A stretch of 64,000 bases of DNA from Vulcanimicrobiota bacterium (GTDB taxonomy: Bacteria > Vulcanimicrobiota > Xenobia > Xenobiales > JADMJV01). This document shows positions 29,218 to 38,655 of this stretch, piece after piece. The translations under genes were made by a program, and so were the position numbers. How positions within the stretch are numbered: the stretch's first letter is position 1; the number at the start of each line of letters is the position of its first letter. The notes under the pieces are model-generated. The model made no database searches. It saw nothing but the letters and a program-made list of their open reading frames with translations, and was not told where the DNA came from. Where the stretch lies: NCBI GenBank assembly GCA_050250895.1, contig JBFWNU010000004.1:96001-160000 (forward strand), in the 5' to 3' direction.

Positions 29218-30999
29218 ATGAGCGGTCAACCAAATCTGGGCCTAGGCTGGACGCTCGAGCTGCTCGACCGGGCCGGACGCCGCCAATTGCTACTGGTGCT
29301 GGCCCTAACCGGGCTCCTCTCGATAGCAGAGTTGGCCGGGGTCACCTCGGTCCTTCCCTTTATGGGACTGGTAGCCAATCCCGAGCTGCTGCATGAGAAC
29401 CGCTGGCTGCGCGCCTTCTATGAGGCCAGCGGTTTTACCAGCGAGCAGAGTCTGTTGTTGGCGCTGGGTTTATTGATGTTGGCGGCCGTGACCATCGCCA
29501 ACCTGCTCGGCCTGCTGGTGACCTGGGTCTCGCACCGCTTCGTGCTGGCTCAGTATTATCGACTGGTCGAGCGACTGCTGACCGTCTACGCCCGCCGGCC
29601 CCACTCCTATTACCTGGGTGTGAATACGGCCCAGTTGGTACGCATGCTCGAGTCGGTGAACGAGGTCTTGCTCTACAATCTCGAACCGTTGCTGTTGCTG
29701 CTGACCAGACTCGGGTCGGTGGCCCTGATCCTGGCTGGCCTGCTGTGGGCCGACCCGGTGGCCACGATGCTGGCCACGGCCATGCTGGGCGGAGCCTATT
29801 TCTTCGTTTACCTTCGCTTGCGTCGTCAGTTCGCCCACCTGGGAGAGCGCGAGTGGAGCGGTCAACAAGAGAGCGCCAGACTCCGACACCAGCTCTTGCA
29901 AGGTATGAGAGAGGCACGTCTAGCAGGCCGCGAGGCCTTCTTCGTCGCCCAGGCCCTCGACGAAGCCCGAGGCTTTCTCAAGGCTCGCGAGCGGGCTCAC
30001 CTGCTGGGGGTCACTCCCCCCCTGGCCATGCGCACCGTGGTTTTCGCCGGCCTGTTGACGCTCACGCTGTGGGTGCTTTCTCAACAACGCTCACCCGCCG
30101 AGGCCATCCCCTGGATCAGTCTTTATGCCCTGGCCGGCTACCGCCTGCTGCCGGCTTTCCAGCAGACCTTCACCGCCATCGCCCGCATGCGCGGTGGCCT
30201 GACCCATCTCGTCATGCTGCGTCGTGAACTCGAAGACGACGATGGACAACCTCTTGCGCCTCCACCTCTCAGGTTGAGCTTCGAGCGAGAGTTGGCCCTG
30301 GAAGAGGTTCGCTTCGCCTATCTCGAGGGCGAGCCGACGGTCGAGCTGTCGCTGGTGATTCCTCGCAGCAGCCGGGTCGGCATCGTGGGCCGGACCGGCA
30401 GCGGCAAGTCCACCGTGATGGCGCTGCTGATGGGATTGTTGCAACCGACCCAGGGTCGCCTGCTGGTAGACGGCCGAGAGGTAGAGGTCAAGGCCTATCA
30501 GCAAGGCCTGGGGGTGGTTCCCCAAGATGTGTTCCTGCTCGACGAGAGCCTGGCCCGCAACGTAGCCTTCGGGATGGCCGATGCCGAAATCGATCAGGCC
30601 CGCCTGGACGAGGTGGCGGTCCTGGCCCGTATCGACGGCTTGGTGACAACGCTGGAACAGGGGTGGCAGACCAGGGTGGGCGAGCGAGGCATCCGTCTCA
30701 GCGGCGGCGAGCGCCAGCGCGTGGGCATCGCCAGGGCCCTCTATCACGACCCCGACATTCTCTTCTTCGACGAGGCCACGGCAGCCCTCGACAATCAAAC
30801 AGAACAAGAGGTGCTGGAGGCTATCGATGGGCTGTCGGGCTCGCGCACCATCGTCATGGTCGCCCACCGCCTCACCACCGTCAAAGAGTGCGACGCTATC
30901 TATGTGCTCGAGGGGGGACGAGTGGTAGCCTCGGGCACCTACGCCGAACTTTGTGAGGGCTCAGCCCTCTTCCGAGAGCTGGCCAAGGCGGTCGGTTAA
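29218..30999 (+). CDS. ABC exporter, fused TMD+NBD (PglK/HepA-like glycan flippase type)
   Basis: ELAGV..VLPF...ANP N-terminus, YRLLPA.Q, GRTGSGKST, LSGGERQR, DEATAALD. Confidence 0.92.
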   Translation: MSGQPNLGLGWTLELLDRAGRRQLLLVLALTGLLSIAELAGVTSVLPFMGLVANPELLHENRWLRAFYEASGFTSEQSLLLALGLLMLAAVTIANLLGLLVTWVSHRFVLAQYYRLVERLLTVYARRPHSYYLGVNTAQLVRMLESVNEVLLYNLEPLLLLLTRLGSVALILAGLLWADPVATMLATAMLGGAYFFVYLRLRRQFAHLGEREWSGQQESARLRHQLLQGMREARLAGREAFFVAQALDEARGFLKARERAHLLGVTPPLAMRTVVFAGLLTLTLWVLSQQRSPAEAIPWISLYALAGYRLLPAFQQTFTAIARMRGGLTHLVMLRRELEDDDGQPLAPPPLRLSFERELALEEVRFAYLEGEPTVELSLVIPRSSRVGIVGRTGSGKSTVMALLMGLLQPTQGRLLVDGREVEVKAYQQGLGVVPQDVFLLDESLARNVAFGMADAEIDQARLDEVAVLARIDGLVTTLEQGWQTRVGERGIRLSGGERQRVGIARALYHDPDILFFDEATAALDNQTEQEVLEAIDGLSGSRTIVMVAHRLTTVKECDAIYVLEGGRVVASGTYAELCEGSALFRELAKAVG

Positions 31000-31818
31000 A
31001 GCACTCGTCAGTTTACGAATGCGGATAGGCGAGACGCCGTCTGGCCACAGGTCGGTGAGCAGTTGCAGCCACTTGCCCAGCGCCATTTCCATCGGTTCGG
31101 CCAGGCAGGGTCCGAGCAAAACCTGGATGCGTCCCCGTCCGTTAGGAGCGGTCGCTAGCGGCACCACCCGAGCCTGCGTCTGGCCGGCCAGGAAGCCGAC
31201 CGAGGGGTTGAGCTTCAACCAGGCGTTGCCGTAACGGAAGGCTCGCTCGGTCGAGAAGGAGACATCGGCCATCACCGCCACTAATTCGCCCCGTTCCAGG
31301 GCTCTCAGGGCAATCCGGATGGCTTTCACATGGTCGGCCTGGCGCTGGCCCCCGGCCACCCGGATGTAGTGCAGATTGCCTTCCTGACGGGTGCGTTCTG
31401 GGCCGCCCACCAACAGTGTGCAGGGGCGTTCGAGACTGGCCAGAGCGGCCGCCGCCGCATCCATGCGACCAAAGTGACAAATCCCCACCACCAGGGGCCC
31501 GGCCTCGGCCAAAAGGCCAGGTCCGTCGGGCCAATCGAGTAACTCGATCAGGTCTGCCGTGCCCTTCAAGGCTCGGCGGTAGCGATAGTAGCGCGCCTGG
31601 ACCTTGCGAATATGGATCTGTCGGGCCACCCGCTTGGACCAGGCGGTTGAGCCACCAAACAACGACTGAACCCGACCCCAATGAGGGTCGGGAAAGAACG
31701 GATGGATCAGCCCGGCCTCGAGGGTTAGCAGCGGCAAAGCGGTCTCGGGCGGCAACCCCGCCAACCATCTTCGATAAGCTGCTCGCATCCACGGAAGTTC
31801 CGTGGGTGGCCGGCCCAA
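30961..31818 (-). CDS. LpxL-like (lysophospholipid) acyltransferase
   Basis: CHFGRMD (HX4D) and AL.RGELVAVMAD motifs. Confidence 0.65.
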   Translation of the reverse strand: MGRPPTELPWMRAAYRRWLAGLPPETALPLLTLEAGLIHPFFPDPHWGRVQSLFGGSTAWSKRVARQIHIRKVQARYYRYRRALKGTADLIELLDWPDGPGLLAEAGPLVVGICHFGRMDAAAAALASLERPCTLLVGGPERTRQEGNLHYIRVAGGQRQADHVKAIRIALRALERGELVAVMADVSFSTERAFRYGNAWLKLNPSVGFLAGQTQARVVPLATAPNGRGRIQVLLGPCLAEPMEMALGKWLQLLTDLWPDGVSPIRIRKLTSALTDRLGQLSEEG

Positions 31819-31862
31819 TCCTGGCCGAGAGGACTGGCCTGGCTGCCGTCGTAAACGGGGAT

Positions 31863-32273
31863 ATGCGATGCCTTAAGCCCAACCGGGAACAGATCGCCGC
31901 CAAGGTCCTCGACGGCGAGGCTATTTTGATCAACCTGGACACCGGTGTCTACTACAGCCTCGACGGCGCCGGAGCCACTTTGTGGCAACTGGTCGAGTGC
32001 GGCTGTCCCCTCGAGCAACTCGGGGCCGAACTGGCCCATATTTACGGGGTGAGCCAGGCGCTGGTCGAGGCCGATCTGGTCGAGGTCCTCGAGCAAATGC
32101 GCCAAGAGACCCTGGTTCTCGAAGGAGAAGGTGACAGCCCCTACCTTCGCCCTGAGACGCTATCAGGCCAATATACGCGGCCCGAGTTGATGATTTACCG
32201 CGACATGGGCGACCTGCTCGCCTTGGACCCCCCCGCCCCCCGCCTCGAGCAGATCACCTGGACGCCCAGCTAG
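31863..32273 (+). CDS. PqqD/RRE protein with C-terminal leader-like tail
   Basis: DGEAILINLDTGVYYSLDGAG..LWQL...YGV...DL is an RRE. The tail is YTRPELMIYRDMGDLLALDPP...WTPS*. Confidence 0.88.
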   Translation: MRCLKPNREQIAAKVLDGEAILINLDTGVYYSLDGAGATLWQLVECGCPLEQLGAELAHIYGVSQALVEADLVEVLEQMRQETLVLEGEGDSPYLRPETLSGQYTRPELMIYRDMGDLLALDPPAPRLEQITWTPS

Positions 32274-33106
32274 ACCCTTCGATCGCAACATCGAAGCCCC
32301 CCGATGGTGGAGCCGTGAGCAGCCACGAAATCGTCCAGTTGAGCCCTTTCCGCCGAGGTCAGCAGAGCTTGCCAGCGCTGGTTGCGTCGGCTGTCGATGC
32401 TGGGGATCAGATCCTGAGCAAAGGGACTCAGGCCGAGACCATCGGCCAATCGGTCGAGGCACTCGTGCGGCCGTTGTAGCAGGTCCTCGTGGTGGAAGAA
32501 GAGTGGCCGGTCCGAGGGCTGCAGCTGGGTATCGAGAGTCTGGTAGACTCTCAGCCAGTACTCGGCCAACACCACCACCGAGCCCCCGGGAAACACCCGC
32601 GCGGGGTCACCCTCGCGCCAATCGGGCGGCACTACCCACCAGCAGGCATCGGGTTCTGGAGGCAGGTAATGCTTGTAACCCGTGCGCCGCATGGTTCGCA
32701 TCCACAGCATCTGCGTGCTCAAGACGGTGCTGCGCAAGTCGCGCGAACTGATGACCAACCTGGCCCTGGGCAGGGCCCCTCGCAGCCAGCCCAGCTTGTT
32801 CCAGAAATGGGGATGCTTGAGCAGCAGCCGGCCCTTTCCCCCGTTGAATTGCTGATGAAATTGGGCCAGACCTCGTGCGAGCCGATCCCGCTGGGTGGGG
32901 CCGGCCGGCCGGTCGGAGGGTCCACACCGGCATCCGATCTCGGGGACGCCCAGTTCGAGGTCGGTCCACTGGGCCCAGAGCGAACTCAACTCATAGCCGG
33001 TTTCGGGTGTGTAGGCCCAGCACACGTCGGGGTGCGAACCCAAACAATGAGCCAGGATCGTCGTTCCGCTGCGGACGCTGCCAAGAATGAAGATCGGCTC
33101 GGTCAC
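32270..33106 (-). CDS. PAPS-dependent sulfotransferase
   Basis: GSVRSGTT...SHPDV, KHP, RDLRSTVLS, HEDL. Confidence 0.88.
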   Translation of the reverse strand: MTEPIFILGSVRSGTTILAHCLGSHPDVCWAYTPETGYELSSLWAQWTDLELGVPEIGCRCGPSDRPAGPTQRDRLARGLAQFHQQFNGGKGRLLLKHPHFWNKLGWLRGALPRARLVISSRDLRSTVLSTQMLWMRTMRRTGYKHYLPPEPDACWWVVPPDWREGDPARVFPGGSVVVLAEYWLRVYQTLDTQLQPSDRPLFFHHEDLLQRPHECLDRLADGLGLSPFAQDLIPSIDSRRNQRWQALLTSAERAQLDDFVAAHGSTIGGLRCCDRRV

Positions 33107-34188
33107 GCCACTAACTCGAAGTAGAGGCGCTCGAAAGCGTCTACAAAGCCTTCTACGGTGAACTCGTGGGCGATGCGTCGGCGGGCCTGGCAGCCCAGCC
33201 GACGGGCCAGCATCGGCTCATCCAGGAGACGGATGGTGTGACCGACCAATTCTTGAACGGATTCGGGCGCCATCAGCAACCCTGTCTCACCATCGAGCAC
33301 GGCTTCGGCGTTGCCGTCGACCCGAGAAGCCACTACGGGTCGGGCGCTGGCTCCGGCCTCGAGCAAGACATAGGGCATCCCCTCCAGGCGTGAGGGAGCC
33401 AGAACCAGGGTGCTCTGGCGGTAGTGTTCCCAGATCTTGTCGGGATTGACCATGCCGGTGAACTCGACCTTCTCCTGCAGCGCCAGTTGCCGAACCCTCG
33501 CCTCGAGCCGGCCCCGTTCGGGACCATCGCCCACCAGTCGCAGGCTGGCCTCGGGATGCGCTTTTAGAATGGCGGGCATGGCTTCCACCGCCAGGTCGAA
33601 CCCTTTGACCGCGTTCAAGCGCCCGAGTCCCAGCAGCAAAGGAGGTTGCGAAGGCTCGCCCGGCTCGGGCGGCAGGGCGACAGCGTTGGGGATCACCTCG
33701 ATTCGGGCCGAGGGAACCGCTCGACCCCAGCTGAGGCGGTGGCTTTCGCAGGTGACCACGGTGCGTTCGGCATGGGTCAAGAGTCGATGGGTCAGCGACT
33801 CGGGTCCGATGCTCGGATAAGTTGGGTTCTGAATCCAAACCAGGGTGGGACACGGGTGGGTGGAGTGGCTTTGCAGATGCAGTAGCGCGAGGGGATCGTT
33901 GAAAGAGAAATGCACCAGATCGGGAGCATACTCCCGCTTGAGCTGGGCCATCTGCTTGCTCAATTGCAGCAGCTGGAGGGGATCGGGCTTCTCGAAGAGA
34001 GTCTGGAGAGGCAGCCGGCGAATCTCGACCCCCTCGTGGACGTCGCGAGCGGGAAGGCGACCCAGATCGCTGGTGACCACCAGAAAATCGTGACCCCGCT
34101 TGCGCAAGTGACGAAACAACTCCATCACCCCCAGCTCGACGCCACCAACCACGGGCCAGTAGAAGCCATACATGTAAAGCACTTTCAC
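33103..34188 (-). CDS. GT4 glycosyltransferase
   Basis: PVVGGVE, GRL..VKG, EGMPYVLLEA. GTGA overlap with the upstream GT. Confidence 0.92.
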   Translation of the reverse strand: MKVLYMYGFYWPVVGGVELGVMELFRHLRKRGHDFLVVTSDLGRLPARDVHEGVEIRRLPLQTLFEKPDPLQLLQLSKQMAQLKREYAPDLVHFSFNDPLALLHLQSHSTHPCPTLVWIQNPTYPSIGPESLTHRLLTHAERTVVTCESHRLSWGRAVPSARIEVIPNAVALPPEPGEPSQPPLLLGLGRLNAVKGFDLAVEAMPAILKAHPEASLRLVGDGPERGRLEARVRQLALQEKVEFTGMVNPDKIWEHYRQSTLVLAPSRLEGMPYVLLEAGASARPVVASRVDGNAEAVLDGETGLLMAPESVQELVGHTIRLLDEPMLARRLGCQARRRIAHEFTVEGFVDAFERLYFELVA

Positions 34189-35294
34189 TGCGTCAACTCT
34201 CCATAAAGCTCCAAATACCTGGCCCCATGCTGCTCCCACCCGGCCCCAACCCGAGCGCCCGCGGCCGCCGCCAGTCCCATGCGCCGGGCTCGCTCGGGGT
34301 TTTCGAGCAGCTCGATCATCGCTTGCGCCAGGGCTGAGGTGTCGAAGGGTTCGACCAGCAGCCCGGTCTGACCGGTCTGCACGATCTCGCCGAGCCCGCC
34401 CACCCTGGTAGCCACCACCGCTCGACCGGCAGCGGCAGCTTCGAGGGCCACCAGCGGGTGGCCCTCCTGACGCGAGGGCATCACCACAAAGGAACAACTG
34501 GCCAGCGCCCTAGGCACCTGCTCGGGCAACAGGGGCCCAGCGAAGCTCACCGAGGGAAGGCGCCCTCGACTCTGCAGGGCGGCCAGGTCCGGCCCATCCC
34601 CCCACAGGATCAAACACGCCTCAGGCCGAGCGACCACCACCGCGGGCCAGGCATCGAGCAGCAGATCGACCCCCTTCTGGTGGCACATTCGGCCCAAGAA
34701 ACCTACCCGGTCGGCCGGAGCAGCTTCCCCGCCGGTCAGTTCTGGATAGCCGTTAGGAATGACCCGGCTCCGGTGGCCTAGCTCGGGGACGAATTCCAGC
34801 GTGTGGTCAGCCACCGCCTGGGAAACGAACACCACCGCCTCGGCTCGGCGCAAAGCCCGACCCTGGGTGGCCTCGGGCTCGAGGGCGGCAGCTGGCTGGG
34901 GCAGGTGCAGGGTGATCACCCAGGGTTCCTGCTGGCGGGCCATCAGCCGGTTGGCGTAATAGAACGAGAGGGCCCCTCCTGAAAGGTGTCCCAGCTCGGG
35001 CCGTTTGAGCGCCATAAGGTCGAGCAGTTTTTGCTGTTGAGCCAACACGGCCTCAGGACTACGCTGCTCGAGAGCGGCCGTCAAATCGAGGCGATAGAGT
35101 TCGAATCCGTCGATTCGCTCGTATTCGCGCAGCCCGGCATCACGGTCGGTCACCACCACCAATTCGAGCCCGTGCCGGACGAGGCGACGGGCCAGCTCGT
35201 GGCAAGCGCGCGCCGCCCCGCCCAGCCGCGGAGAAAAGTGCTCGGCCAGAAGAATCACTCGCACTCTCCCGGAGTTAGGGACGGCAGCAGCCAT
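34185..35294 (-). CDS. GT4 glycosyltransferase
   Basis: PRLGGA, GRM..QKG, EGHPLVALEA. Start is 35294 or 35264. Confidence 0.92.
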   Translation of the reverse strand: MAAAVPNSGRVRVILLAEHFSPRLGGAARACHELARRLVRHGLELVVVTDRDAGLREYERIDGFELYRLDLTAALEQRSPEAVLAQQQKLLDLMALKRPELGHLSGGALSFYYANRLMARQQEPWVITLHLPQPAAALEPEATQGRALRRAEAVVFVSQAVADHTLEFVPELGHRSRVIPNGYPELTGGEAAPADRVGFLGRMCHQKGVDLLLDAWPAVVVARPEACLILWGDGPDLAALQSRGRLPSVSFAGPLLPEQVPRALASCSFVVMPSRQEGHPLVALEAAAAGRAVVATRVGGLGEIVQTGQTGLLVEPFDTSALAQAMIELLENPERARRMGLAAAAGARVGAGWEQHGARYLELYGELTQ

Positions 35295-35337
35295 TCCTCT
35301 TGCAGGTGCCGGCCCCAAGGCGTTCAACTAGCCTGGG

Positions 35338-36000
35338 ATGAGGGTTTCGGTGGTGATACCGGTCTATAATGGCGAGGCCTATCTGGGCGAGGCTATCGAA
35401 AGCATGCTGGCTCAGACCAGGCCCGCCGACGAGATCCTCGTCGTCGACGACGGTTCGACCGACCATAGTGCCGCGGTAGCCGAGAGCTACCCGGCCGTGA
35501 CGGTCCTGCGACAGGCTAACGCGGGCCATCTGGCGGCCCGCAACCTCGGCTTGAAGACGGCTACGGGCGATCTGGTAGCCCTGCTTGACGCCGACGACCG
35601 CTCCCGGCCGCAGCGGCTGGCGCTTCAATTAGCGGCCTTCGGGGCTCGACCCGAGACGGCTGTTTGCTTCGGCCAGGTGCTCCATTTCTGGACACCGGAG
35701 CACGACCAGGGGCTGCCCCTCCCCTATCCCGACCCCGTCCCGGCCCCGTCCAACACGCTGATGGCCTGGCGCAAGACCTTCGAACAGGTGGGCTACTTCG
35801 ATGAAGCCTGGAACCACGCCGGCCAGACCGACTGGTTGCTCCGCGTGCAAGCGGCCGAATTAGGGCGCCTGGTACTCGATGAGGTGCTGGTCGAGCGACG
35901 CCTGCACCCGGCCAGCCTGAGTGCGAGGGGCGCCGCCGAATCGCGCGAGGAGCACCTGAGGCTGGTCAAAAGAACGCTGGACCGGCAACGGGGTCGTTGA
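35338..36000 (+). CDS. GT2 glycosyltransferase
   Basis: VSVVIPVYN, VVDDGSTD, ARNLG, LDADD. Confidence 0.94.
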   Translation: MRVSVVIPVYNGEAYLGEAIESMLAQTRPADEILVVDDGSTDHSAAVAESYPAVTVLRQANAGHLAARNLGLKTATGDLVALLDADDRSRPQRLALQLAAFGARPETAVCFGQVLHFWTPEHDQGLPLPYPDPVPAPSNTLMAWRKTFEQVGYFDEAWNHAGQTDWLLRVQAAELGRLVLDEVLVERRLHPASLSARGAAESREEHLRLVKRTLDRQRGR

Positions 36001-36845
36001 GCCCTGCCGTGCAGTTTCAGCTGGCCAGGTTCACCGTCGCCCTCTCCACCGACTTGCCCCTAACGCAGGCCTTTTCTCACCTCGAGCCCCGGACCGACCG
36101 ACGGCCCGACCTGAAGGTCCAGGTAAAGGCCGGCCGTTGCCGGGGCGGTTGGGGCCTGCGCCCCTCCCGGGATGGACGGCGGGTCTATTGGGGCAGTCCG
36201 GCGGGCGACTGGGTGCTCGACCGTCAGGCCGACACGATTTTTGGCCGGGTGGACCCAGACCGACTCACCGATTTCGAGCGGGGTCGCCCGTTCTATCCGC
36301 TGCTGGTCGCCTGGTTGGCCGATCAGGGCCTGATGGTTTTACATGCGGCTCTGCTCAGCAGCCAGGGGCGGGGGGTGCTGCTGGCTGGCCCCCGCGGCGC
36401 TGGCAAGTCGACCACGGCCCTGGCTTGCCATGCCCACGGATGGACCTTTCTGGCCGAGGACAAGGTCATCTATGACGCGGCCAGTAACCACGGCTACAGT
36501 CTCTACTGCAGCCTCTTCGAGCCCCGGCCCGAGGGACCCAAGCAGTTACGCTTTCTCGACCAACGAGTGGCTGCCCAGGCGCCCATCGAGTTGATGGCGC
36601 TGCCCCAGGTGGCTGGTCAGACCCGGCTGGCGCGCCTGAGAAAATCGCAGGCGCTCTTGCGCCTGGCTCCCAACAGCCTCTTCCAGGGACAACTCAACCA
36701 GGGAAGAACGGCCTTTACCGGCCTGACCAGTCTGGTAGAAACCGTGCCGACCTATCTTTTCGAACTCGGGCCGCAGGCAGAGGCCAATAGCCGGGCCCTA
36801 CTGGCCACCCTGGCGAGCCTTCCACTTCCAGCGGGCCCAGGCTAG
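35997..36845 (+). CDS. HPr kinase-like P-loop kinase
   Basis: LHAA...GVLLAGPRGAGKSTT...FLAED. TTGA overlap with GT2. Confidence 0.8.
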   Translation: MSPAVQFQLARFTVALSTDLPLTQAFSHLEPRTDRRPDLKVQVKAGRCRGGWGLRPSRDGRRVYWGSPAGDWVLDRQADTIFGRVDPDRLTDFERGRPFYPLLVAWLADQGLMVLHAALLSSQGRGVLLAGPRGAGKSTTALACHAHGWTFLAEDKVIYDAASNHGYSLYCSLFEPRPEGPKQLRFLDQRVAAQAPIELMALPQVAGQTRLARLRKSQALLRLAPNSLFQGQLNQGRTAFTGLTSLVETVPTYLFELGPQAEANSRALLATLASLPLPAGPG

Positions 36846-38510
36846 CAGGCCGGGTGTGGCGCTCGGTCCCAACAAGCGCAAGTGACGCAGCCCCTCGGCC
36901 AGGGAGCGGGCCAGGCCGTGGCCCGACAACAGAGCCCGATAGTAAAGGTGATCCAGCCAGTCGTGGCCGACCAGGCGTTCGTGGTGCGACAGCGGGACCA
37001 CCGGCCCAAACTGGCGGGCCAGACTATCGAACATCTCGCTGAGGGCTGGCTCGAGGCGTCGCCGCCTCACTTCGGCCACCACCACCTCCCAATCCAATGG
37101 TTGGCGCAGGAGAGCGACGACATCGGCCAGGGCCAGGCGCGGGTCGACCAGACGAAATCCATGCGCGACGGCTAGATAGAGACAATCCTCGAGAGCCGGC
37201 ACCCGCACGGCCTGGCCCTCGAGCGAGGCCGGCCTGACCCTGTTCCAGAGCCCTTCGTCGGCCTCTGGCCAGCGGCAATCGGCCAGAGCGACCCAGTGAA
37301 GGTCGAGCTTGTTGCCCTTCGGGTCCTCAAAGCTGGTGGCGTGACGGCCGCCCACTCGGGGTCGTCCCAACGGCTCCCCGTTCCAACCGGCCGCCAGCAG
37401 CGCCTGGCAGGCTCGCCCAAAGGCTGCCGGCCGAACCAGAATGTCGACATCACCCATCGGACGACGGCCGCCGTCGTGGTAGAGCCCGGCCACCAGCGCC
37501 GCTCCCTTTAGCAAGACCGGCTCGGCCCCCGCCTGTTGCAGCAACCCGAAGGCCTCGGTGGCTGCCCGGAGGCGTCCTACATTGGTCAGCCAGGCGCGCC
37601 GGTAGGTCGCCGCCACCAGAGGCTCTGCGCTCTCGCCCTGCAGCAAAGGCGCGGTGCGCGCGGCAAAGGGATCGGCCTGCTGGGGCACCTCGCCCCCGCG
37701 GCCGAGCACCAGGGCCATCAGGCTCCGTTGCGGCTCAGACAGGTCCGGCAGCCGGGGAGCCGCCGTGAGACGTCGGGGCAAAGAGACGCCGAACAGCCTT
37801 CGGCGCGCCAGCAGGTAGCCCGGGACCTCGACCGCCAGTGCCGCTTTGAGCCAGGCTAAAACCCGGGTCAGGTCACGCGACCACGGTCGATAGTCTTCGA
37901 GCAGACTCCAGTCGGCCAATTCGGCCAGCCGAGCCGCATCTAGAGCCCACTGCAGTCCCGGCCAGCCTCCCAGACAGGTCCTGGCCAGCTGGTCGCTCGG
38001 GTGCAGGGCTGCCGGTCCGGCGCGCGCCAACACCCGGTCGTGGCCCAGACCCTTCGGCAAGTCCAGGCGATGGTGCAGCTCGAGCACCAGTCCGTCGGGT
38101 GAGCGCCAACGCTGAGCCCCCTCTCGTCCGTGAGCCATTTGCCACGCGCCCTCCGGAAGCTCGCCGGCCCAGACAGCCAGGAAACCGCAATGCCGGTGGA
38201 CTCCCGGGGGATGAAAGCTCTCGGCCAGGGCGAACTCGTCGAGGAAGAGCCTCCCGGCAAAGGCCGAGGCCTGATCCTGAAAGGCTCGATGGCGCATCTG
38301 TTCGCGCAGGGTGGCTGCGCGGGCCACCGTGACGAACCCTCCTAACTCTTCACCCAGGCCCGCGTAGAGAAACGGGAGCAGGTGCGAGAACTTCTTGTGG
38401 GTCTTGAACGCGTCGGCTCCGTGGCCAGACCACCAGCGCCGCCAGGCGCTGGCATCACCCCGGCAGGCTCGCAAGAGCTCCACATCGGTTGAGGCCGGCA
38501 AGCGCAGCAT
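36798..38510 (-). CDS. Nucleotidyltransferase-family protein with two tandem domains
   Basis: C-terminal domain LLKGAAL...RPMGDVDILV...LDLHW. N-terminal copy is degenerate (LELHH kept, KG and DxD lost). Confidence 0.82.
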   Translation of the reverse strand: MLRLPASTDVELLRACRGDASAWRRWWSGHGADAFKTHKKFSHLLPFLYAGLGEELGGFVTVARAATLREQMRHRAFQDQASAFAGRLFLDEFALAESFHPPGVHRHCGFLAVWAGELPEGAWQMAHGREGAQRWRSPDGLVLELHHRLDLPKGLGHDRVLARAGPAALHPSDQLARTCLGGWPGLQWALDAARLAELADWSLLEDYRPWSRDLTRVLAWLKAALAVEVPGYLLARRRLFGVSLPRRLTAAPRLPDLSEPQRSLMALVLGRGGEVPQQADPFAARTAPLLQGESAEPLVAATYRRAWLTNVGRLRAATEAFGLLQQAGAEPVLLKGAALVAGLYHDGGRRPMGDVDILVRPAAFGRACQALLAAGWNGEPLGRPRVGGRHATSFEDPKGNKLDLHWVALADCRWPEADEGLWNRVRPASLEGQAVRVPALEDCLYLAVAHGFRLVDPRLALADVVALLRQPLDWEVVVAEVRRRRLEPALSEMFDSLARQFGPVVPLSHHERLVGHDWLDHLYYRALLSGHGLARSLAEGLRHLRLLGPSATPGLLAWARWKWKARQGGQ

Positions 38511-38655
38511 ATTTTCAGCGCGTTTCGCTGCCGGCCCCGGAGCAGAACTCGCAGGGGTGGACGCTCAGGGAATGCCGCATGACGAGGGCCTTCCTGTTCA
38601 AGCTGGGAAGTCCTGGAGCAGGGGCCAGACCGGTGGCGTTCAACTATAGCCGTCG

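Noticed and set aside
31416-31862. N-terminal extension of the PqqD ORF as a fused domain
   Set aside because: It is the antisense shadow of the acyltransferase; homology starts at ATG 31863.
34189-34497. Extended 464-aa GT4 start
   Set aside because: It overlaps the upstream GT4. GTG 34188 gives a GTGA coupling.
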